A DNA stretch of 62,808 nt, counting the filler, from Choristocarpus tenellus KU-1152 (lineage: Eukaryota; Protista; Phaeophyceae), in the NCBI GenBank assembly GCA_964200185.2. It is 8 parts of 8 records of this genome, joined end to end, with 100 filler letters (N's around TTAATTAATTAA, not from the genome) between each part and the next. Parts side by side here need not be neighbours in the genome. Positions count along the whole stretch, not along the records: positions 51,849 to 59,968 come from CAXNAD020005118.1; positions 60,069 to 62,808 come from CAXNAD020025156.1; 6 more parts are not named here. One strand, 5' to 3'. A program made the translations under genes and the position numbers. Shown here piece by piece: positions 52,854-62,808 of this stretch (positions are counted from its first letter, which is position 1; each line of letters opens with the position of its first letter). Below the pieces are notes generated by a model. The model saw only the letters and a list, made by a program, of their open reading frames with translations. It made no database searches and was not told the DNA's origin.

Positions 52854-53194
52854 CACTTTGATCATTTCCGTCAAGGAGCGATGATAAGTTAGTGCGTGTG
52901 GGAATAACCCTCTGGTCCCTTGAATTAAAAAAAAAAAGTTCCTTCTGCACTGCAAAGCTACCATAAGTGCCTCGCCCTAATCCAATGACATCACATCAAA
53001 GATTGATGGCATACGTAGGCAAAAAAACAAATAAAAAAACAAATAAAAGCATGTGCACTGCAATATAAAGGAACTACCATCACATTCCCAGAGTCCTACA
53101 GTGGTTCAGATTGCTACAGAGTGCTATAGACCACTACAGAGTGCTATAGACCGCTACAGACTCAAAATCACAACAACAATAACAAAAATAATAC

Positions 53195-54168
53195 CAACGT
53201 TTTTGTAGTAAGAGTTTTACCAATAATTGATCGTCTTCAGCGGAGCAATCACTGCAACGATGAGATGGGATCAAGTCCGAATTCATAAAAATCTGTTGAA
53301 GCCCATCATCATACCCCTTCCCCACAAATCAATCAACATCACAAATCCGTCCCGTCCAAACCAATCAATCAACTCCCCACCCAAAGACACAACTAGAGAC
53401 AATCTTTTCTTTTTCTTTTTCTTTTTCTTCTTCTTCTTCTCCACTCAGACACACTCAACGAAAGCACCCCAACACAACGAACCACACCAACGCCTCAAAC
53501 TTTACTTAGCCCTAACCCTAACCCTAATCCTCACCGGTGACACACTCCTCCCAAACCTTTCTGTGATGCTTCAAAGAAGAACAATAAAATGGACGAGTCC
53601 ACTGCCGGGGGAGGGGAAAATTTACCTCTGAATCGTGTCCCTTGACCTCTCCCTCCTCTCCATCAGCCTCCACCTGCAGTGGCCTCTGTCCCCGGAGGTG
53701 TGATGAGCGTGAACCTGAGGGGGACCTGACAGCATAGCATCGTTGCAAACAAAACCACAATATATAAATAGGGTTAGGGTTAGGATTGGGAAAGGAGGGG
53801 GGGGGGGGATGAGGAAAACAAACAAAAACACACACACTCACTCACACACACACACACACATACACATACACACAAGAAAGTAGACAGTGTGAAGGACACA
53901 TCAAAATTCTTAGACCCACTGGGTACAACGGTGGACTCTAACACAAAATTTCAGGTAAGGTACACAAACACAAACAGGTACGCGACGCAGTGTATATATT
54001 TAACAATGAACTGATTAGGTTTGATGAGAAAGAAGGTATCAGAACAGAATAGAATAGAATCAAACGATTGCTGAGTAATGTGTAACAGTCAGACAAGTTA
54101 GTTGTAAAGCTATAACCAAGCAAGAAGTTTCCATGCGAAATCTGTCAGAGCTAGCCAGCCTAAGGAAA

Positions 54169-54204
<36 letters not shown>

Positions 54205-57200
54205 TATTGTTAAGATTCAAGTAAAAGCTAAGATGTTATACAAGAAGAGTCTGTCATTGGTGAATAGAACAGGCAGAGTGGCGGGTAAGCAATCAGGTAA
54301 GTACATCAACACATGCACCATCATCATCACCACCAAAACGTCAATAAAAAGTCAAATAAAATATGCGCACCAAAGTCTCAGACAATCATCAAAAAGGTTC
54401 AACTACCGTAATAGTGTGAAATGGTAGTACTAGTACTCTCCAATACACAACGACATTGTAGAAATGATATGCATGCATCGGTATTGTATCACATTAACAT
54501 TGTTAAAACTGAATGATTCTTACCTCTCTCAATGCACTGGTACTAGCATTAACCATTGGTATTGGCCTTAACCATTGGTACTAGTATTAACACTAACCCT
54601 GTAAAATAAGACCATTAAAGCACTGCAGCTACTGTACGAGGGAGGTTATTCCATATTGCCGTAGATATGTATTGATACACATACAACGGTGTTAAAAACA
54701 CGCCTGTATATATAGTTGTAATATGTTTTTTAGTTATATATAGTTGTAATATGTTTTTTAGTTATTTAACTCAAATGCCTGGAGAGGAATTTTTTTAAAA
54801 GTTGGATACTGAAATGTGTGTATGTAAAATATGTGTATGTGGCGTGTGTACGCATAACACAAACTCACCCAAGTCTGCCACCCACACCCACACCCACACC
54901 CAGAGCCAGCTGACCATACTCTCCTGCCTCATTAAAAGCAAAGACGGTGTTAATGTATGACTCATGCAGGTCCTGCAGCCGACGTTCACACGCCTCCAGT
55001 CTCTCATGAGACTCCTCAGCCTCCGAACTTTCCTCACAGTTTGAAACGACAAAGAAGAAAAATTAAAATGAAAAAATATATATATTGAAACTGCAGGAAT
55101 TACTCTCTTGAGATTATTTTTCTTCTAATGAGCAGGGCGCCACAACTTCTCTCCGCAGTGTTCAACCTCATGTTGTTTTTTTTGAAGAGTATGCCCGGCA
55201 GGGGGCAACAGTATGTGTTTAGGGTTAGGGATGGGATTAGGGAAGTGTGGCAGGAAGTCGGTGGGATATTGTAACTGTTGTTATCATTACTGTCGTTATC
55301 ATTACTGTCATTATCATTCCTATCATAATCGTTGCCTTTTGGGAGCACTCTATGAGTGTCACCAATGGCTTTTGTGGGGAAGTACCTTACAATAGTCAAT
55401 AGTCAACTGTCAATAGCCAATAGTCAACAGTCAATAGTTAACATTCAAAAGTCAATAGTCAAAAGTCAATAGTCAACAGTCAATAGTTAACTGTCAATAG
55501 TCAATAGTCACATGAAAAAAAAAAAACATACAGATCACGACAATTCAGCACTACACATTACTTTTTATAGTACTTGATTGGCACGTTCATGTCTCATCGC
55601 AGCCGAGAACAGAAGCAACGAAAACAATCTCCTCGGAGGGGCACTCACATGTTCTTGTCCTCTGACTCGCGAGGGCACTTCAAGCCTCATTGATTAAAAT
55701 CCTGCTGCTACTGTTGCTGCTAATATAACTTCAAGCCTCATTGACTAAAATCCTGCTGCTACTGTTGCTGCTAATATAACTCCAAGCCTTATTGATTAAA
55801 ATTCTGCTGCTACTGTTGTTGCTAATATAACTCCAAGCCTCATTGATTAAAATCCTGCTGCTACTGTTGCTGCTAATATAACTTCAAGCGCCTACGCAAA
55901 TATAAATATAACTGTAACATGTGTATGGATTGAACAAGTATATCTATGGACGAACTAAAAACTCAAGGGGATTGATTCCCACCGAAACAACTCTAGCTCC
56001 AGCTCCCCCCCATCCACGCCTCTCCCAAGGGTCAGCCTGTCCTGCAACTTGAGGTGTTGAGCAAGTAGCTCAGCCTTCTCGGCCTCCTTGGTCATGAGCT
56101 CCTCTTCCATCTGTAGCAAGAGGGTTTTCAAGTTTCTTGTTGGGTGTGTGGAGGGGATACCACGGTAGGAATCAGAGATGTGCTGCAGCAGCAGTTGCAT
56201 GTGTTTGGTGTTAAATTGTGGGACAGACTTACTTATTATGACCTACTTATTATGACTTACTTATTATGACTTACTTACTTCCCCATACCCGTCACAGGCA
56301 TACAGGAAGGTCTCACTTATTATGGTACACACCATAGATAAAAACATATTCACTGTTGTACACACACACACAGTTAGATACACACACACACACAGTTAGA
56401 TACACACACACACACTGTTAGATCCATTCCCTGGATAGCACTTGGTCTCTGGCACACTATAATTACACACACACATAATGATGCACTAAGGATTCTCATA
56501 CATACATCACATACTCATACATCCAGTCAAGTTCTACTTGGCAACCCTACCCTCTGCCCCCATCATCCATCATACCCATCCCTGTTGCCCATGAATCACT
56601 CTGAATGTTGCTTGAAACCCTTTCAAAACAAAATAAAACGATGACGACCATAGGGGGTAGGGGTGGGGAGGGGGAAGCTTACCTTATTTTCAAAAAAAAA
56701 AAAAATATATATATATATATATTGAGAAAGAAACACAAAAGCAAGCATCATCAGCTGGAACATTAACTAAAATACAAAAAGAGGAGGAGAGTGAGAGCAG
56801 GGGGGTCACTAAGAGAGGCTAGAGAAACCATTCAAACCGCATCACTAATTCAAGATTAAGGATGGAACTCTCCCCTCCCCTATCACCGCTCCAGCCCTAA
56901 CCCTACCTACCCATTTCCCAACTAAAAACCAACACAAGAGCAGTCCCCTTGAAATTCATAGTAAAACAATATCATTGCCCATCATATCTTGTACATGTCC
57001 TTCCTTCAACAAGTGTACACAAATCCTATACAAATTTTATCTCTAACAACAAAAATGACCTATCTCCTCAAACCAACACACACACATACATAAACACATA
57101 CATACCTCTGAGACCAAATCCCTTGCATCCTGAAAGCTGATGTTACTGCTACCTCCATCACTTGGCTCAAATCCCTCTGGTAGTAAACTCCCCCCATCCC

Positions 57201-57894
57201 CAACTCTCACCAACCCTACCCCAGCTTCCCCAGTCTCTCCAGTCCCCTCCACCACACCTGTCCTAAGCAATAGCCCTGTAGACTCATCCAGAGCCCCTGG
57301 GCCAACCACTGGTCCAACCACTGGGCCTACCCCTGGGCTGTCTACTTCAGTTCGTGACTTGGGTTTCATTGTGGATGGGATGGCGTAACCCGCCTGACGG
57401 TACAGGTCATCCCCATCAACATTCTCATCCCCATAAGATTCAAACCCTTCCTCTGCGTCATAGAAAGATTCTCCAGACATTGACCTCGAGAAGGAACTGC
57501 GACAGGTTGACATGGAACCATCTCCTGTGGTCCCAGTCCCAGTCCTAGTCCTAGCCCCGGTTCGATCTTGATAACTAGTCCCATCTATACCTCTGTGGCT
57601 TCCCATTTGGCGTGCGTTATCGTGATTGGTTCTCCTGTTTTCAGACGAATGGGCAGAGGCAGCTGAGGAGGTCAATCCACTGCCATCCCCCCCACCAAGC
57701 CCTCCCTTGAAATTGTCACGTGCCTGCATTAGGCGGTCCAGTCTGAGCGGGGATCATTGCCGGAGGGTGGAGGGGGACGAGTCAGTCAAGAGAGAGAAGT
57801 TGGGTGGTTGGGTGGTTGGGTGGGTGGGTGGGTGGGTGGGTGAGTATTTTATGGGTGAAGGCAATTGCATCCCGGTTACGTGAGAACAGTTTCA

Positions 57895-57935
<41 letters not shown>

Positions 57936-58756
57936 AGATTCAAAGAAAAAAAATGCTATTTTTTTTTCCTTACGCAAACAATATTAATAACGCCTTCCTT
58001 CCACTACAGTTAGATGGGATCAAGAGAAGAGGTGTGGATCGTTACTAATCAAACACTAATGAAGGAGGAAACAGACATATTATTATTATTGTTACTATTA
58101 TTATTATTATTATTACTACGCAAATTCAAATGTGTAAATTGCGCGAGCACTTAATCCTTGGTCAGAGAGAATATGTTGATCTGGTCCCTCTCAGCAATGT
58201 GATTAAATCACATAGACACCTTTTTGGGGTCCACTAAAAAAGTACACTTGTTGTCACTATACCCAAGATAATGCCAGTATTTTCAACGAGTTCTTTTTCA
58301 GTGGTACTGCTGGTTTTTGGTTGGTTTCTTGTGAAACGACATATTTGAACTACAACACTAAAGAAACCACACCAAGCAATATTTTACAATACCCGAGCAC
58401 AACATGGTAGAACTCGAATATCGGTCAAGTCAAGGTGAATGAAAACAATAAGAAGGATAGCAACAATCAGTAATAGCATCAGCATCCCAAGCAGTAAAAT
58501 ATCAGCGATAAAATCAACTCTAAGGTCGACATTGAGGGACAGGGTTTAGGGTTAGGGTTGGGGGATATTGTCTGAAAAGCAACACTGCAAAGATATTGAG
58601 ATACCACACGTAATGATATAGACAGAGGTCTCACAAAAGTAACTTCAATCTGGGTTAGGGTTAGGGCTAGGTGATACCTCAACACCAATCTGTGAACCAT
58701 CACTCCACTACTCTCCGCCAACCCCCCAAGCAGTCTTCTCAACCTCTGCATTTCCC
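53195..58756 (-). CDS. Hypothetical coiled-coil/low-complexity protein, partial multi-exon gene
   Basis: Splice-bounded open exons at 58756-58678 (EMQRLRRLLGG), 57742-57106, 56110-55983 (MEEELMTKEAEKAELL), ~55032-54869 (HERLEACERRLQDLHE), 53725-53626 and 53292-53195. The junctions around 55.0-55.7 kb are not resolved and no family is recognised. Confidence 0.6.
55678..55888. repeat. 51-bp tandem repeat, 4 copies
   Basis: Unit CTTCAAGCCTCATTGATTAAAATCCTGCTGCTACTGTTGCTGCTAATATAA; a (CAATAGT)n tract also lies at 55390-55510. Confidence 0.95.
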
Positions 58757-59021
58757 CTTTCAGGTCCCCGAGGACATCACATCAAAGCGATCTTTATCAT
58801 CCCACCATGTGGAATTGAGAATGCTGACAGTCAGAATTTGAACACATGTTACAAAAAACACCACACGTAACAAATATTAATTAAAAAATCACTTTGATTT
58901 AAACTTCTCCTGCCAGACATGGACCCACACAAAGATATTAACCAGTCCTTGAGAGAAACAGTCTCTTCTGAATGGCGTCGATTATCATACCTACTCCCAG
59001 CTATGAAATAACAAAAAACAT

Positions 59022-59059
<38 letters not shown>

Positions 59060-59171
59060 ATGCACCGTGCCATTTGGAAACAATAGATGCATTGTACTTC
59101 GATCTATGATGCTTGTACTTCATACCACCAAGTATTACTTCCTACTTCAAAATGTATCTTAAACTATGTGT

Positions 59172-59431
59172 GAGCCATCCTATCTCAGAGGGGAATGTCT
59201 TAATAGTATTTGGGATATTTGTAACTGCCTTTGAGCACACGTGCTTCTAGCACTCTGAAGAGTAATTTCGTGCTTTGAGGCCAAATGCTTGACTTCTGTT
59301 CTACAGCCACAGCCTCCTAAAGGGGGTCAGCTGTGTTTCTTGTATGGAAATGGAGTGTTGAGCACAAGGTCTTAAGAGTCTCAAATTACCAGAAGGGCCT
59401 AAATAGACTCCCCTCTAAGATAGAATGACTC
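59172..59431. mobile_element. MITE family D (260 bp, TIR related to family A)
   Basis: GAGCCATCCTATCTCAGAGGGG ... CCCCTCTAAGATAGAATGACTC is an inverted match at 19/22 positions. The interior is unrelated to family A. Confidence 0.7.
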
Positions 59432-60116
59432 TTTATCTCATTCAATTACCACACAAAGAATGAACAATAATAATATATTATTAGTGCAAGTATTAATAAA
59501 ATAGTTGGAGGCTTTGTCCAGTACAGTACTCCACAGGACACATGGATACAAAGACCTATGTACCCGAAAACACGCTAGTGAAAGACTAAATTACACTGTG
59601 TATACTGTGGTGTACATACTTGAAAGTGATAGAACCACATAGTACTAAGTAGTACTAAGTAGTACCAAGTAGCAATGATACCATATACTGTATAGGACAG
59701 TATTCCACACGTCTACTGAGCATTTCCAGCACAAATCATACTAGCATTCAACAATATAAACCCAAGGACAAACAGCAAGCACAAGTACTCTCCTCCTCCT
59801 GTCAAACAAACCAAACCATCATGCATGCACACACACACATAAGCAAAAGGACTGCCACACCACAGAGCTAAATTTATGATATATAAACCAATTCCAACAA
59901 TTAGGTACAGCAGCAGAGGTGCTCACTCTCACTCTCCTCCAACAAAAGAAACATATTTTCCGTCCCCCNNNNNNNNNNNNNNNNNNNNNNNNNNNNNNNN
60001 NNNNNNNNNNNNTTAATTAATTAANNNNNNNNNNNNNNNNNNNNNNNNNNNNNNNNNNNNNNNNNNNNCCCCCAGCTCCCCCCCTCCCTTCCCCCCTCCC
60101 TTCCACCACTTGGAAG

Positions 60117-60245
60117 GCGTGGCCAGTGATCGGTGTGATCAGCTTTGCCTGTGTCTTCTGCGCATACTGGGGCGTAAAAACCCTTGCGACCAACCCAGAA
60201 GTAAGGATCAGCAAGAAGGAGCGCAGTTCCATCCTCCGCGAGTAA
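60117..60245 (+). CDS. Last exon of a B12D/NDUFA4 (MLRQ) family small mitochondrial membrane protein
   Basis: A pyrimidine tract and AAG acceptor are followed by AWPVIGVISFACVFCAYWGVKTLATNPEVRISKKERSSILRE*. This is a single TM helix followed by the LxxNPxVRIxKxxR motif typical of B12D. Confidence 0.8.
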   Translation, partial: AWPVIGVISFACVFCAYWGVKTLATNPEVRISKKERSSILRE

Positions 60246-62775
60246 TGAAGATGTGGGGGGAGGGTGGAGTGGATGGACCTTGAAGGTACATGCACAGTCG
60301 AAGAATGAGGGTGCCGGTCAGGTTTGAGGTCAGGTTTGAGTGGATCAACTTCAAAGGGTGCAAGGACAGGAGGTAGATGGGGCCAAGGGGTCGTACTTGA
60401 GCAAAGGGGGATACGAGTGGAGACAGTGGAAAGGGCTGGTGAAGCAGAGGAGTGGAACTGTGCAGCTTGTGTTCCTTTCCTCATCAGGCATTTGCCAGAA
60501 CCTACAAATCTACAAGATAACAAGGAATGTAGGAGATCAGCATTGTGTGTTGAATTGTCTGTGGGCAGTGATGAATAGGGCTGGTCTGGGCTCACTTTAC
60601 ATTTCACGGCTGTTGTACTCCAAGGGGGGAGGATGGCAAGGAAGATTAGCAAGTCTGTTTAGTTTGCAGGTTGTATTTTTGAGGTGAATATTGGCTGCCT
60701 TGATGTTTGGTTACATGGGGATGAGCTGCAGTTTTTATACTCCAGTGCATTGTACTGGTTATATTTCAACTTCCGATTGTTTGGGGGGATTTGAAACATG
60801 TTCTGTTGATTGAAATCTGCAAAGAACTTTTAATGTCTTTTCCTTCGATTGATTTTTGTCCACAGCCGGCTCTTTTTTGCTGGCTGCATCCTACATAAAA
60901 CACGGACAGATGAACACAGCCAGGCTGTGTTCTTGACCTTCATGCCTTGGACAATTCACCAGTTAACTCGTCTTCTTGTGTGTGCTATGAACCCCAGTGG
61001 AGAGAGATATTTGTTGAATATTTGAAACCCTTTTGAGGCCATGATGTGTAATTCACCTGTGGACAGTATGGAGTATTAAAATGCTATGTCCATCTAATTG
61101 ATGGATATGGATATGGTCAATGTTACACACTACTTGTGTGTGTATCCTTGGTGTAAGACACTCGTCACCTTCCAATTGCACTAACCACCTGGACAAAAGA
61201 CCAGCTACCGCATTGTACTGACCGTTAGTCATTGGCTGATGATGAAAATGAAGAGTGAATCTATTATTCATCTGGTGAAATATGTCAAGTCCAAGGAACG
61301 TGTGCAAAAATGGTTTGTAATATTGAGGGGACCCAGCTCAACGAAACTTGAGAGGATCAGGGTTACTGCCAGGTAGGGTGCTGTTGATTTTTTTCATGCT
61401 GCAACCATCATACAACATTGTTTTGTACTCAGGAGTACTTAGTGTTAGTACTAGGTTACTACTAGTACTTCTGACATATATATATATATATATTATTTTA
61501 AGGCCCCTACTACAGTGAGTAACTTGGCAGGGCAAATAACCACAATAACTTCAAACTCGTACAATATCTGTGTCAAATGCAACACGTCTGGCCTGTCACA
61601 TTATTGAACACAACACTATTGTACTGTATTATATGATAGTAGAGCTCTGTGCATTATCACCCTGTTAAGTCAACGAGGGGACAAAAATATAGTTTGGTGA
61701 TTAAGACCTTGTAAACTTATTGCAGGGTGGTCATGGAAATACGTGTGAATTGACCTAGGGAAGTATGCTGGGGAGTGTGAACTTGTTGCCCATGTTTGGA
61801 GATACCTCAGCTAAATAAGCTCCTCTGAAATGCTGATATCAAGTTGTGTAGTCCATTGAAAAGTTGATATCAGCTGTTGATTGAACTCCTTCCAGAAATT
61901 TCTACACTCAATATTATTTTTTTCTCAGATTTTTTTTCTCTTTTTATAGTTGCTGCTCACAATAAATCCCCCAATAGTACGAATTGTCTATCTCACAATA
62001 TTTACCACATAAAAAAAAACTGTTTGCTGGATAAAAAAATGTAGAGCTGATATGATCAACATATCAATGCGTGTATCAGCATTGTAGGTAAGTCACAATT
62101 TTTTTTAAGATAACACCCATCACATCAGTTTTGACCTGCTTTTGAAAATGCCAAGTCACCATTTCTTGATGTGAAACTGGTGTAGTCTGTTCTCACGTTG
62201 TAATCACGGATATCTCAAGTTTTATTAGAGGACACCAAGTGGCCAATCAAACACAAGCAGGCCTAACGCAAAAGCCAAAACAGCAGATTTTGGAAAGACA
62301 TGAAGGGAGAACACAGGGGTGAAAATAGCTGAACAGATTGGACCCTAGAAAAAGGAATATATTTTCAATATGGTTTCAGTCAGGGTGAGTTGAAATTCCT
62401 CTTTGAATATTTTCAACACAGAAACTGTGTGTCTGCAAAAAAAACACCTCATCCTTCACCGCTCTCTAGAAAACCCAACTCCATTCTGTTCAACAACTAC
62501 TATATAGTATCAACGTACATAGAAAGCCCACGGTACAGATACACCATGGCAGATGAATAAAAAAATATGAGAGGCCAGGACACCCCGTGTGATGGCAAAG
62601 GATGCCTAATCATCACCACATCAAGTTTCTAACCTTAAAATGGACACTCGAAACACTCTACCATAAATCAAGGACCAGAACAACAACACCTTTTACCCTT
62701 TCTCACAACAAGGTGTAACAACACATCCTTATACACAAGTTCTCAGAAGGTTCCCCGGTGGCCCTTGAAGCCCCC

Positions 62776-62808
<33 letters not shown>

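Noticed and set aside
52694-55888. CRISPR-like arrays (26-bp and 51-bp repeats)
   Set aside because: These are head-to-tail tandem units with no unique spacers and no cas genes, in a eukaryotic context.
5624-60068. Recurring palindromic TTAATTAATTAA within N runs
   Set aside because: It is an artificial six-frame-stop linker joining contigs. It is not biological, and gene neighbourhood across it is meaningless.
60017-60687. Long overlapping ORFs (211 aa minus, 115 aa plus)
   Set aside because: They are antisense to, or in the presumed 3' UTR of, the B12D exon, and show no protein-like motifs.

Overview
This is intron-rich, repeat-rich eukaryotic genomic DNA; the protein styles suggest a photosynthetic stramenopile such as a brown alga (inference). 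The window is eight separate segments joined by 100-nt N/TTAATTAATTAA/N spacers, so synteny holds only within a segment. Hand-assembled, phase-checked gene models: a 5'-truncated SulP/SLC26-STAS-cNMP transporter (6.5-19.9 kb, minus), a MORN1-like protein with a C-terminal LamG/ConA-like region (39.4-45.7 kb, plus), a complete 6-exon MsrB-fold protein lacking the catalytic motifs (46.5-49.3 kb, minus), the 5' part of NPL4 (plus), a partial coiled-coil protein (53-59 kb, minus) and the last exon of a B12D/NDUFA4 protein. The rest is mostly mobile DNA: three related MITE families with 3-4 bp TSDs, plus Copia, tyrosine-recombinase, IS630/Tc1-like and LTR remnants and many minisatellites. Best leads: (1) the intact MsrB pseudoenzyme with a possible plastid presequence; (2) MITE TIRs that contain outward-positioned splice donor and acceptor motifs in both orientations (introner-like potential); (3) frequent AAG acceptors and GC donors. 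No database searches were run.
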